A stretch of 44,945 bases of DNA from contig CAMILJ010000001.1 in the NCBI GenBank assembly GCA_946222625.1, positions 1 to 44,945 of the forward strand. The letters are read 5' to 3'. The DNA is from an uncultured Corynebacterium sp. (GTDB lineage Bacteria > Actinomycetota > Actinomycetes > Mycobacteriales > Mycobacteriaceae). The translations under genes were made by a program, and so were the position numbers. The notes under the pieces were generated by a model. It made no database searches, was not told the DNA's origin, and saw only the letters and a list, made by a program, of their open reading frames with translations. Shown in pieces: positions 19,241 through 28,704 of this stretch. Position 1 is the stretch's first letter. Each line of letters opens with the position of its first letter.

Positions 19241-20311
19241 CTACTCGGTAGCGCTGCCACCAGCGGAAGCGGCGGTCTTCGCACCAGCTGCCTTAGCCGC
19301 ATCAATCTTGTCACGGTCAGCGGTGATCTTCATTGCGCGCAGGAAGTGCTCAGAGTCATCCCCAAACGCAATATCGTTGACCACACCAGCACCCGCGTAG
19401 CAGTCCACGATGGAACGATCCACCGCGTAGTCCGCGTCGTAGTCACGCAGCCAACGAAGAGCCAAACCGTTGTGCGCCTGAGACGCGCCGAACGCGGCAC
19501 CAGCCGGAATCGACGGCGCGGCAGTAGCGAGAACAAACGCGGTCTTGTCGAACACGTAGGCCTCGTTCGGCTTCAGGTACGGCACCGTAACAAAGGTGAA
19601 GCCACGCAGACGACCAATAGTCGCATCGCGCAGCGCAGAGTTGTCACCACCGTTGAAGCCAGAGTCCAGAAGAGTCAGCTCCTCAAGCAGCACCTCCTCT
19701 ACATCCGCACCGATAGCCACCGTGAGGTTAGCCGCATTCAGGCCACGCTTAATCGCGTTCGAGCGCACGCGGTTAAACAGGGTGGCCATGCCGTACTTGC
19801 CGGGACCGTAGAAGTCCTCAGCCTTAAGCGTGCCCTTAATGCTGGTCTTGTCCTCAATCTTGGACAGGTCATCCGACAGGCGACCATCCGCGTAGGTAGC
19901 GCCCTCCAGCTCGGCAACAGCCATGCGCTCAATGTACTGAGCAACCGCATAAACCTGCGGCTGGAGAATCTGCTGAGTGAAATCCGTCAGGTCAAGATCG
20001 AACTGCTCATCAGTTACCTCAGTAGCGGAGTACGGGAACTTGCTGAGCTTGACACCAATCTTGCGCTCCTTGAGGAAGTCCATCTTGATCTTGCGATCCT
20101 CGCCAACCGCGCGCAGGTCACGGTCACGAGCCGGGAGAGTACCCGGAACCTTCACGTTGATAGTGTCATCCTTCGCGCCCTTAAAGTCCTTAGCGGACCA
20201 GCGCCAAAAAAGACCCGACAGAGCAAGCTCACGCTGGAGAAGACCAATAGACACATTGGCGTACTTCTCATGCTTGATCAGCTCATGCTGGTTCGTACCA
20301 GGGGCAGTCAT
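19241..20311 (-). CDS. Major capsid protein
   Basis: 356 aa; DTINVKVP, LRDATIGRLRGF and LRWLRDYD motifs; follows the scaffold gene. Confidence 0.9.
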   Translation of the reverse strand: MTAPGTNQHELIKHEKYANVSIGLLQRELALSGLFWRWSAKDFKGAKDDTINVKVPGTLPARDRDLRAVGEDRKIKMDFLKERKIGVKLSKFPYSATEVTDEQFDLDLTDFTQQILQPQVYAVAQYIERMAVAELEGATYADGRLSDDLSKIEDKTSIKGTLKAEDFYGPGKYGMATLFNRVRSNAIKRGLNAANLTVAIGADVEEVLLEELTLLDSGFNGGDNSALRDATIGRLRGFTFVTVPYLKPNEAYVFDKTAFVLATAAPSIPAGAAFGASQAHNGLALRWLRDYDADYAVDRSIVDCYAGAGVVNDIAFGDDSEHFLRAMKITADRDKIDAAKAAGAKTAASAGGSATE

Positions 20312-20327
20312 TACGCCCTCCTTTTGC

Positions 20328-20867
20328 TTAGAAACGGTTTACGTTCTTGAGAACATCATCAACGGAAATGTCCATGTCAGCCCCCGGATTACCACCCGTC
20401 GTACCACGCGTCTCACGCGGATTAGACCGAGGCGAAGAACCACTAGACTGCGACTCCTCCGACTTCTCAGACCCCGCAGACGCCAGCCCCGCAAACTGTT
20501 CAGCAATACTCTTCGCATCACTGACCCACTCCTCACGAGACTCACCCTGGAGACGATCCGCCATGCTCAAAGGCAAACCAGCCTCAGCCGCCGCAGACTT
20601 GCGATACTCATTACCCAGCTCCGCTGCGGCCGTATCGTACTTATCCTGCAACTGCTTGAACTCCTCCGCAGACTTAAAGCCCTCATAGGACTTACGCACC
20701 TCATCAGCCGCAGACGCCTTCGCACGCGCCACACGCTCCTGAATAATGCGGTCAAACTCCTCCTGAGACTTCGGCGGGACAAACCCACCAGACTGCTTAG
20801 ACTCACCGCCCGTTGCCGCCTCCTGCGACTGCTGACCAGCTTCCTTCGTGGACTCCGAGTTAGACAT
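20328..20867 (-). CDS. Scaffolding protein
   Basis: SQEEFDRIIQERVAR and RLQGESREE...DA motifs; charged coiled coil. Confidence 0.85.
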   Translation of the reverse strand: MSNSESTKEAGQQSQEAATGGESKQSGGFVPPKSQEEFDRIIQERVARAKASAADEVRKSYEGFKSAEEFKQLQDKYDTAAAELGNEYRKSAAAEAGLPLSMADRLQGESREEWVSDAKSIAEQFAGLASAGSEKSEESQSSGSSPRSNPRETRGTTGGNPGADMDISVDDVLKNVNRF

Positions 20868-21016
20868 GACATCCCTCAATTCTGTTCTGTCCGTGATTTA
20901 AAGCGCCGTCGCGCGTAACAACCATGCACCCGTGCATGTAACCCCAAGATACAACACATCTGCCTATATAGGGACACTCAACCAGAAAAAGCCCGGCGCG
21001 CCGGGCAGTCTGTGTG

Positions 21017-22624
21017 CTAGTCGGTGAACTCGGGCATGAGGGGATCAATGAATACGTCGGGGTCATCGACTTCGTCTCCGGAGCGAACATCCCAATAAAG
21101 CTCGGGTGTCTTCCACGCGTCGGGGGCTTGGTCGCGTTGCCACTTCATAAAGTGAGGGGCTTGGCGTGCGAACTCGGTTGCCTCGGTGCCGTCGTCCATT
21201 TCGGCGTACTCGGCTATGGCTTCGTCGAACTTGTCTGGGGGCCAGATTGCGGCGGCGCGCTCGACAACCCACTGGTACTCGCGGGTCCAGTCGGTCTTGC
21301 CGTAGTCGCGCTTGTTCCAGCGCTGGAGGTAGTACTCCAGTTGTTCTTTCTCGAAGTTGATTTGGCGGGAGACGTCTGTGCCGGTGTCTGCCATGTAGTC
21401 CTCCATGTGAGCTATCTGCATCATCAGGGAGGGGATTGTCAGGCGTAGTTCGTCGCGTTCTGTGGATAGTCGGTCGCGTTCCATTTGTTGTAAGTGCTCT
21501 CTGTCTATGTCGCCGCCGTGGTAAGCCTCGCGGAATGCTGCGAGTTTATCCGGCCATGCGAGGTCTTTCATGTAGCCCTCGGCGTCCTGCCACAACCGTT
21601 GCGCGCGGCGCACTGACTGAGGAAGGGTTGGTGTCGGGTCTATTAAAGATACAGGCTCCAGCCGACATTGGCACCCATCATGGACTTTTGCTTCACCACC
21701 CTGCATTGCTCCGCCAGCTGATCCGGTCCAGGTGCGGAAGCGGGCGTTGGATTCATCCCACGCGCCCTTGGTGTAGATGACACCTTGGGCGGCAAGGGCG
21801 ACACAGAATGAGCACGGGTTTGGTCCGAGGGCGCGCACATAGCCAAGACCATGCGCGGCGGTGGCGGCTTCCACGAAGTCTTGACCGGCGTCCACCATCG
21901 TGACAGCCGCGTTGGTGGCGCGTACCCACGAGCGGTCTGATTGTTTCTCGATGCGTAGCTGTTTGGTTTCCTCCAAAGCGCCGGGTGTGTCGTCGCCGGC
22001 GACTCGGGTGAGTGCTTCAATCTCCTGCGCCTTTTTCTCAAAGCCTTTCGGCCCCTTGTACAACAGGCGGTTGCGCACGTTGGTTTCATCCATCGGGTTA
22101 GGGTCCGGCATAAGCGCTAGGGGGTCATCGCCTTGGTCGCCGTCCACCTCAGCCCAGTCGGCACCCATGACCTCGGCAACGTTAGGCAAGCCGTTGACCT
22201 CATGCTCTACAGCGGCGGCGGTGGACTCCACCACCTTTACTGAGGCGTCAGCAACTTGGGCAACCCTGCCTGTGAGCATGACCTTGGATAGGGAATCAAT
22301 ATCGTCATCGAGCTGCACATCCAACCCAGACCACACTTCGCGGGACTCGCCCACAACCTGCAACGGAACCTCCGGCAAATCCGCCAGGGTGAACGTCACA
22401 AAATAGTCTTGTGCCATAGCCAGCGACATTTCATGGAAGTTCTTAAGCAAGTCAATGACCGCATCCAACCACTGCTGCACCACACCAGCTGGCACCTCAC
22501 GGCGGTCCTTAAAGCCCAAGCCCTCCCACAAGCCGCGCATAACAATCGCCATAGCCAAAGACAACAGGCGGGTGCGACGGTAGTAGCGCTCCGTCACACC
22601 AGCGCCGAAGGTACTACGAGCCAC
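21017..22624 (-). CDS. MuF-like head morphogenesis/capsid maturation protein with C-terminal extension
   Basis: After the portal; CSFC..LA..G.IY and HDGCQC motifs. Confidence 0.75.
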   Translation of the reverse strand: MARSTFGAGVTERYYRRTRLLSLAMAIVMRGLWEGLGFKDRREVPAGVVQQWLDAVIDLLKNFHEMSLAMAQDYFVTFTLADLPEVPLQVVGESREVWSGLDVQLDDDIDSLSKVMLTGRVAQVADASVKVVESTAAAVEHEVNGLPNVAEVMGADWAEVDGDQGDDPLALMPDPNPMDETNVRNRLLYKGPKGFEKKAQEIEALTRVAGDDTPGALEETKQLRIEKQSDRSWVRATNAAVTMVDAGQDFVEAATAAHGLGYVRALGPNPCSFCVALAAQGVIYTKGAWDESNARFRTWTGSAGGAMQGGEAKVHDGCQCRLEPVSLIDPTPTLPQSVRRAQRLWQDAEGYMKDLAWPDKLAAFREAYHGGDIDREHLQQMERDRLSTERDELRLTIPSLMMQIAHMEDYMADTGTDVSRQINFEKEQLEYYLQRWNKRDYGKTDWTREYQWVVERAAAIWPPDKFDEAIAEYAEMDDGTEATEFARQAPHFMKWQRDQAPDAWKTPELYWDVRSGDEVDDPDVFIDPLMPEFTD

Positions 22625-22627
22625 GGT

Positions 22628-24133
22628 TTACTCACCCACAATCCCGTCACCGTCACCATCAATCATCTCCCGCTTGCGCTGACGACGCACACGCGCAACC
22701 TCATTCATCCGTGCACCGCGCTTAGCGCCCCACGGCTTCGGCTGATCCTCATACGATGCCGGTGTGCGCTCACCCTGCTTCACACCAGTCTCAGGGTGAG
22801 CCTCCGGCAACTGAATCGACATATCCGGGGTAGGCACAGTCATCGCCTCAATCTGCATCTCCAAGCGCTTCTGCTCATCATGCAAACGCTTCCACTCAAT
22901 AACATCAGACTGAGACACACCAGGGATACGACCCCACAGAACCTCCGGCGGCACCTCCAACATCTGTGCGAGCTTGCCGAACGCATCCGCAGTCTGCGCC
23001 AAGGAACGATCCTCCACGTCCTCCCACTGAATCACCGCATCATAATTACGGGCCTCCTCCGCGTTACCCTGCACCGCAGCCGCAACCCGCATCACCCGCG
23101 CGTGAGCATCACCCCACAAGGCGATACGCTCCTTTAGCTTCTCACGCCACGGACGATACGAGTTGGTAATAGCGTCCGCGCCAAGGTTGATCATCTCACC
23201 CGTGAGCATGGACATAGGTGTCTGAGTCACCGCCGACAGGTCATTACGATCCGCATCCGCAGCCGCAATAAACGGAGCCATAGATGTTTCATCCAACGTG
23301 CCGAACTGAGTATCCCCAGTGCCCATCAGCATCGTGTCATTGCGCATCTTCAACTTCGCCGCCTCCTTCTCCTGGACGGACGCGCCCTTCGGAGGCTCAG
23401 TATGCGTCGCGTACAAAATCTTCCACGAGTTATGCCGCTGCACCAACAGCCGGTCATTCGTTGTTAAATCCAGCCGGGCCGCTACATCCATATAGGGCTC
23501 AATCTCGCCAAAGCAATTACCATCCAAATCCATGTGGTTAACGAACATCACCACCGGGCACACACCCGCATCATGCTCAACCACCTCAGTCACCTTGAAG
23601 TTCGGCATCTCGCCCTCAAGAGTGTAAATAGCCTCGTCGTCGAAATACTTCCACCGCTTATCCGTGACCTGACGTAGCGCACGCAACGGGTATTCGTCCA
23701 TATAGGGATCATCGAACTCAGCAATCATCCGGCGCGGCGACACCGGACGAAGCGTAGCCAAACGCTCACCCTCAGCATCCTCACCCGGCGTCACAGTGAC
23801 AAAACCATACCCAAACTTCACCACGTCATAATTCAACTGCACCTGGCGAGAATCCATATCATTACGCAACCACGTGCGCCACATCGCAGAATCCACACCA
23901 CGCTCCGGGTCCCGATACCCCGACACCTTCAACGGCTGAGCCGTAGACGCCACTACAAGACGCAACCAAGGCGTGCGAGCCAACCGCGCCAACGAACGCT
24001 TCTCCGCCTCCGCATCCTTCGGCACCGGAGGTGCAGCCTGGCCCGCCTCAAACACCCGAGCAAACTTCTCAAGCCGCAAAGACTCACTCCGCAACTTATC
24101 CGCAAGCTCACCAACAACCCGCTTATCCAACAT
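22628..24133 (-). CDS. Portal protein (SPP1-like)
   Basis: ~500 aa after the terminase; HDAGVCPVV, GEIEP and ADAFGKL motifs. Confidence 0.92.
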   Translation of the reverse strand: MLDKRVVGELADKLRSESLRLEKFARVFEAGQAAPPVPKDAEAEKRSLARLARTPWLRLVVASTAQPLKVSGYRDPERGVDSAMWRTWLRNDMDSRQVQLNYDVVKFGYGFVTVTPGEDAEGERLATLRPVSPRRMIAEFDDPYMDEYPLRALRQVTDKRWKYFDDEAIYTLEGEMPNFKVTEVVEHDAGVCPVVMFVNHMDLDGNCFGEIEPYMDVAARLDLTTNDRLLVQRHNSWKILYATHTEPPKGASVQEKEAAKLKMRNDTMLMGTGDTQFGTLDETSMAPFIAAADADRNDLSAVTQTPMSMLTGEMINLGADAITNSYRPWREKLKERIALWGDAHARVMRVAAAVQGNAEEARNYDAVIQWEDVEDRSLAQTADAFGKLAQMLEVPPEVLWGRIPGVSQSDVIEWKRLHDEQKRLEMQIEAMTVPTPDMSIQLPEAHPETGVKQGERTPASYEDQPKPWGAKRGARMNEVARVRRQRKREMIDGDGDGIVGE

Positions 24134-25599
24134 CACCAAAACCAACTTTCACCAGCCGACTCCAGCTGCCGCACCTCACGACCAACCAGATACTCAAAAT
24201 GACTCACACCAAGACTAACCGCCTTCAAAGGCGTCATGTCAGCCAAATCAGAATTACGATCAAACACCCACAAATCACCCGCACGCTTCGCCACACCCGA
24301 CAACGCCGCATGATCCAACACCTTCTGACCCACATGCACAAACCGGCCAGCAATCACCTTCTCCTTAAACGCACCATCCGCCTGCGCCACCTGCCGCAAA
24401 CCCAAAGCCTTCACCTCAACACCAGCCTCAGACAACGACCCCAACCACTGACCAGCCGGACCAGACGCATCCAACACAACCCCCAACACATCCCACCGCT
24501 CCACAAGACGCGACACCGCAGCCACCAAATCCGGCCCCACCTCATCATTCCAAACCACCTCAGACTGAAACCGACCATCCGCAGTAACACCCGTCACCAC
24601 CACAGACGCCCGGCGCGCCGCAGACACATCCACCGACACCACAATCCGATCCCCCTCAATCACCGACGACTCCACCAAAGCACGCCGCCACTTCGCCTCC
24701 GGCAACTCAGAATTAGACGCGTGCATCTCCCACACACCAAGATGCTCACGCGCAAAACCAGCAAGATTCTCACCAGCCTTCGACGTCTTAAAACGCCGAG
24801 ACAAAAAGTCCCACGACATAAGATAGCCAGCCGACGGATTCGCCTTCGCCCACTCACGAGGATCACCCGGATCAAAATCCGACTCATCCACCGACCACTC
24901 AAAATAAGCCAACGACTCCGCATCACCCTCAAACGCGCGCTTACGCAACGCCGCCAAATGATGCGAATACGCAAACCCAGCCGACGACGCCCACAACGTC
25001 TGCGCATTAGGAACCGCACCCATCGTCGGCTCCATCGCATCCACCATCTCCCGAGACACAGCAAACGCCTCATCCATCACCAAGAAGTCCGCCGTGAAAC
25101 CACGACCCGAACCAGACGAACGCGCCAAAAACTGAATCGCACGAGGCGACGGCTCACCACGACGAGACGGCTTCCAATACACACCAGGGTCCATATTGCC
25201 CGTCTTAATATCCACCATCGACGCCAAATCAGGATTACGAGCAATCACACCCTGAAGCTTGATCAAGCCCTCCTTAGCAGACTTAAACTCATGCGCGGTA
25301 TGCACAATCTTCTTCTCACGAAGCATGAACAAACCAAACAACTCACGAGCAATAATGATCTCGCCCTTACCATTCTGACGAGGCACAACAAGACCAACAT
25401 CAGGTGCAGCCCACTTACCATCGCCACGCATATTCAGCATGTTCCGCAGCACATACTCCTGCCACGGAAACAACGTCATGCCAGCAACCTCACGCACCCA
25501 CGACACCGCATCATCGCCCACAGACGACACAAACAACGGGTGCACCTCCACACGCGGAGTCTGCACACCCGTCTCAGGCATAACAAGCGCAGCGGTCAT
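24133..25599 (-). CDS. terL: Terminase large subunit
   Basis: Walker A PRQNGKG, GRGFTADFLVMDEA Walker B, ANPS, nuclease VSVD. Confidence 0.97.
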   Translation of the reverse strand: MTAALVMPETGVQTPRVEVHPLFVSSVGDDAVSWVREVAGMTLFPWQEYVLRNMLNMRGDGKWAAPDVGLVVPRQNGKGEIIIARELFGLFMLREKKIVHTAHEFKSAKEGLIKLQGVIARNPDLASMVDIKTGNMDPGVYWKPSRRGEPSPRAIQFLARSSGSGRGFTADFLVMDEAFAVSREMVDAMEPTMGAVPNAQTLWASSAGFAYSHHLAALRKRAFEGDAESLAYFEWSVDESDFDPGDPREWAKANPSAGYLMSWDFLSRRFKTSKAGENLAGFAREHLGVWEMHASNSELPEAKWRRALVESSVIEGDRIVVSVDVSAARRASVVVTGVTADGRFQSEVVWNDEVGPDLVAAVSRLVERWDVLGVVLDASGPAGQWLGSLSEAGVEVKALGLRQVAQADGAFKEKVIAGRFVHVGQKVLDHAALSGVAKRAGDLWVFDRNSDLADMTPLKAVSLGVSHFEYLVGREVRQLESAGESWFW

Positions 25600-25952
25600 C
25601 GGCCCAAAATCCCCTTGCTCTCAGCCCACGCATCCCATTTCGATACCTCAGACACCGCAGCACCCGCCGGCAACTCCATCAGGCCCAAATCCTTCAACAC
25701 CTGCCGCAACGCCAAAAACTGCTGCCGAAACTCCGACAGCAACGGGTTCGCAACCGGCGACCCCAAGTCATCCGTCTGCACTAAGTCCCCTGCAAACTCC
25801 GACGCAAACGCATCCAAATTGTCTGCAATGCGCGCGCAGTTGTGAATCAGCGTCATATGAACTGGCCCCAGCTCCCGCTCAAAGACCAGCTCATTCCAAA
25901 CATCGCGGCCCGTGAGTCCAAGGTCGGCGGGCGGCTCCAAGTTCATACCCAT
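25596..25952 (-). CDS. terS: Terminase small subunit
   Basis: PPADLG..G..VW and ANPLLSEFRQQ..ALRQ.LK.LGL motifs. ATG lies 6 nt below a TATGCT -10, so the mRNA may be leaderless. Confidence 0.88.
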   Translation of the reverse strand: MGMNLEPPADLGLTGRDVWNELVFERELGPVHMTLIHNCARIADNLDAFASEFAGDLVQTDDLGSPVANPLLSEFRQQFLALRQVLKDLGLMELPAGAAVSEVSKWDAWAESKGILGR

Positions 25953-26119
25953 ATAGACAGCATAGCCCCAAACAGCAACACCACCAGCACCACGAACGGA
26001 CCAGGCACACAGACCAGCCGCACCCGAAACCGCCACAAACACCCAGCACAAAGCCCACAAACGCGGGGGAAACCGCCGAAACTTCAAAGACTTTCACAAC
26101 CCAACCCTCGAACTCAATT

Positions 26120-26195
26120 TCGCCTGGGGAGAGAATCGGCCGTTGGCGTGGGCGTCTCCCGTGTGTGCTGGTCAGGGGGTCACCCCCCACCCCTT
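26120..26195 (-). other. Probable cos/packaging end region
   Basis: Non-coding, upstream of terS. Minus strand reads GGGGTGGGGGGTGACCCCC...TTCTCTCCCC, reminiscent of actinophage ends; centre of the skew inversion. Exact cut not determined. Confidence 0.55.
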
Positions 26196-26553
26196 CGTCG
26201 TCGAGGCTGTGACCTGCGGGTTTGTGGTTGGTGCTGGTTGTGGGTGGTTTTTGGTGCGTGTCCTGGTGTTGACATTTTTGGGTATGGCGGGGCTGTGAGC
26301 TGGGATTTTTCGTTTTTGTGTTCGATTTGTTTTGTGGGTGTTTGGGGTGCTTCCTGAAGTTGGTGCGTTTTTGGATGTTTGCGCTGGTCATGGCCTATTT
26401 TTGTTGCTTTTTTGCGCCTTATATATTGCGTGCACGGACGCGTATCGGGGACGCGTGCCCTAATTGGGGCGTGTTAGCTTTAAGTCGTTCCGTTCAACGG
26501 CCCCGCCGCCCGGCGGGTAGCCGCTCCACTACCTACCTATTGGGAGACTGACC

Positions 26554-26880
26554 ATGACCATCATTGACACCGCGACTCCGTTGGCTGCGATCCGCCGCCG
26601 CCGTGCCCTTGTGATCGGCGACCGTACTGCGTACGTGACTCCGGATCGCGTGGAGGTTGAGATCGAGCCGGGGCGCGTTCAATCGTTCCCGCTGCCTGCC
26701 GAGTTGTCCGCCCGCGTTGAGACCTTGATCGACGGCATGGAAGTGGGGGATCGCCCGTTGCTTGGCCGTGAGGGTGCCTACATCGACGCCGTTAGCTCTA
26801 CGGGTTGGCGCGCGTTAGGTGTGGCGCGACTGCGTGAGATCGACGGTCGCCGCGTTCTAGTTGTCGGTGCACGTTTCTAA
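26554..26880 (+). CDS. Hypothetical protein (island ORF1)
   Basis: GGGAG RBS and CTACCTAC leader. Confidence 0.8.
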   Translation: MTIIDTATPLAAIRRRRALVIGDRTAYVTPDRVEVEIEPGRVQSFPLPAELSARVETLIDGMEVGDRPLLGREGAYIDAVSSTGWRALGVARLREIDGRRVLVVGARF

Positions 26881-26890
26881 ATTTCTGAAT

Positions 26891-26984
26891 CCCGGCCCAT
26901 CCAGGCCGGGGCGTGCCTAGTGTGTCTCACAATGTGGGGGCACGCTAAGGGGCGTAAGAATCTAGCCCACCTTTTCTACCTACT
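26891..26984 (+). repeat. Structured intergenic element copy 1
   Basis: 94 bp identical to 27202-27295; three hairpins plus CTACCTAC. Confidence 0.95.
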
Positions 26985-27003
26985 ACTGATCGGAGGATCA
27001 ACA

Positions 27004-27186
27004 ATGTCCGCTATTGAATTCATCTCTCAGTTTGGTGCCGAGACCGTTGTGGCCGCTATTGAAGAGATCATGATCGCTGCACGCGGTGGCGATTGGGGCT
27101 ATGGCGCGCTAGCGACTGTCATGGGTGGCGACCTAGAGGGCGCGCGTGCCGTTGTGAACTTGGCCGCTGCTGTGTTTGGCCACTAG
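27004..27186 (+). CDS. Hypothetical protein (island ORF2, 60 aa)
   Basis: GGAGG RBS; ATG at 27004. Confidence 0.8.
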   Translation: MSAIEFISQFGAETVVAAIEEIMIAARGGDWGYGALATVMGGDLEGARAVVNLAAAVFGH

Positions 27187-27201
27187 GCCTAGCGGGTTGC
27201 A

Positions 27202-27295
27202 CCCGGCCCATCCAGGCCGGGGCGTGCCTAGTGTGTCTCACAATGTGGGGGCACGCTAAGGGGCGTAAGAATCTAGCCCACCTTTTCTACCTACT
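27202..27295 (+). repeat. Structured intergenic element copy 2
   Basis: Exact copy of 26891-26984. Confidence 0.95.
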
Positions 27296-27311
27296 GATTG
27301 GAGTTTAAGCA

Positions 27312-27593
27312 ATGAACATTGAAGAGCTTTCCCCTGTTGAGTTGTCCCGCTTGATCCAGCGCCGCCTATTTGGCCCGCTCCGTATGTCTGTCAGCGGTGG
27401 CCGCATTGATATTTGCATCAATGAGCGTGAGCGCCTAAGCATCCCGTGCCCATCTTTCGAGGTTGGCGAGGTGCGCATGATACTTGCGGAACTAGGTTGG
27501 CACGATATGGGCGATCTATTTGAGCATGAGATCGCGGGCGTGCGCTGCATTCTTGGCACTGTGCTGTATTCTTCCCCCGCGCGTGGATACTAG
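27312..27593 (+). CDS. Hypothetical protein (island ORF3)
   Basis: GGAG RBS; ORF fills the space between elements. Confidence 0.75.
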   Translation: MNIEELSPVELSRLIQRRLFGPLRMSVSGGRIDICINERERLSIPCPSFEVGEVRMILAELGWHDMGDLFEHEIAGVRCILGTVLYSSPARGY

Positions 27594-27607
27594 ACCGCCC
27601 GGTCTAG

Positions 27608-27700
27608 CCCGTGTTGCCAGGACACGGGGCGCGCCTAATGTATCCCGCGTGTGCGGGGTGCGTTGAGGGGCGTTACTAGCCCAACTACCTACCTACTACC
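27608..27700 (+). repeat. Structured intergenic element copy 3
   Basis: CCCGTGT/ACACGGG, TAATGTATCCCGC/GCGGGGTGCGTTG, GGGC/GCCC stems, then CTACCTAC. Confidence 0.9.
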
Positions 27701-27719
27701 CGATCGGAGGATCGAAACC

Positions 27720-28103
27720 ATGACCGCTAACACTGCTTGCACCTGCACTAGCCGCGACGATCAAGCGCTTCTTGAATATATGGCCCCCCTACAGACTGAG
27801 TTAAGCAGCGGATTTAGCTATGAGGTTAACGAAGATGGGGAATGCCGCGATGAAGACGGCTATCCAACTAGCCCGTGGGAATATGTGATCGACGCGCTAG
27901 ACGTTGAGGTCACACGGCCCCTTAATGGGGACTACAGGGGCGCGCGGATCTTGCTCACGTTTGGCGGGCCTAATATTTGGTTGGATACAGCGGAGCGTGA
28001 ATTACAGGGCGCATGGGGTGGCAAGCGCGTCAACATGTTTGTGCCTTATGACGTGTGTGAGGAGATCGACGCGGCGATCGAGGAATACGCGGGCTGTATG
28101 TAG
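27720..28103 (+). CDS. Hypothetical acidic protein (island ORF4)
   Basis: GGAGG RBS; YRGARILLTFGGPNIWLDT...GAWGG resembles a recurrent phage hypothetical family (from recall). Confidence 0.85.
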   Translation: MTANTACTCTSRDDQALLEYMAPLQTELSSGFSYEVNEDGECRDEDGYPTSPWEYVIDALDVEVTRPLNGDYRGARILLTFGGPNIWLDTAERELQGAWGGKRVNMFVPYDVCEEIDAAIEEYAGCM

Positions 28104-28164
28104 TGGCGCGGGGCGTCCCTGTACAGGTCTAGCACACCCTCTACCCCCGCTAATCTCCCCCGTG

Positions 28165-28194
28165 TAGACACCATCCCTATATGGGGACTAAAAT
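28165..28194 (+). promoter_or_regulatory. SigA-like promoter with operator-like motif in the spacer
   Basis: TAGACA-N18-TAAAAT with CCCTATATGGGG in the spacer. Confidence 0.65.
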
Positions 28195-28246
28195 CAAACA
28201 TGACCGCGCGATAGAGCGCACTACCTACCTACTGATTGGAACCGAC

Positions 28247-28588
28247 ATGACTGACTACCTTGCAGCCGCGCGCGACATTGTTGCCATCGTTGACAGCTTT
28301 GATGAGATCGGCGCCGTTGATATTGCCCTTGCACTAGGTGCGGATTACACCGTTATCGACAGTGAAACTCTCCGGATCGAGCTGAAAGATCCAGAAACTT
28401 ATATGTTGTTCACCCTCACCAGGGGGTGCTGTGAGGATGATCCCGCTAATTCTTTCGACACGTTCTATAACTGCTATGAGCTGGACGAAGACGGGATCGC
28501 CCGCCCGTTCGTTGAGGGTTGGGGCACGTTCGTTAAGGACGTGGACGATCTAGCCGCCGCGCTAGCCAACGTTGCACAGTGGCTATAA
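28247..28588 (+). CDS. Hypothetical highly acidic protein (island ORF5)
   Basis: ATG after CTACCTACCTAC leader; D/E rich. Confidence 0.8.
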   Translation: MTDYLAAARDIVAIVDSFDEIGAVDIALALGADYTVIDSETLRIELKDPETYMLFTLTRGCCEDDPANSFDTFYNCYELDEDGIARPFVEGWGTFVKDVDDLAAALANVAQWL

Positions 28589-28596
28589 CGGGCTAG

Positions 28597-28688
28597 CCCC
28601 GGCTATGGCCGGGGGCGTGCCTAGTGTGTCTCACACGTGTGAGGGGCGCTAGGGGCGAAACAGCCCAACTACCTACCTACCTACTACC
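28597..28688 (+). repeat. Structured intergenic element copy 4
   Basis: CCCCGGC/GCCGGGG, CCTAGTGTGTCTCAC/GTGAGGGGCGCTAGG, GGGC/GCCC, CTAC repeats. Confidence 0.9.
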
Positions 28689-28704
28689 CACCAGGGAGAC
28701 CGAC

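Noticed and set aside
24031..25845. 604-aa plus-strand ORF antisense to terL
   Set aside because: H/R/T/P-rich shadow ORF; the C/A skew removes stop codons, and terL on the other strand has all expected motifs.
25842..26551. ORFs across the cos region (25842-26357, 25891-26391, 26318-26551)
   Set aside because: Low-complexity products of skewed non-coding DNA.
26920..27308. ORFs starting MCLTMWGHAKG and similar upstream extensions
   Set aside because: They are translations of the repeat element; better starts with SD sequences lie downstream.
27630..27672. Element as a twister, hammerhead or HDV ribozyme
   Set aside because: GCCUAA...GAGGGGC resembles twister P1/L1, but the P4/L4 pseudoknot loop is absent. 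No CUGAUGA/GAAA core or HDV nested pseudoknot was found by eye. A novel ribozyme is not excluded.
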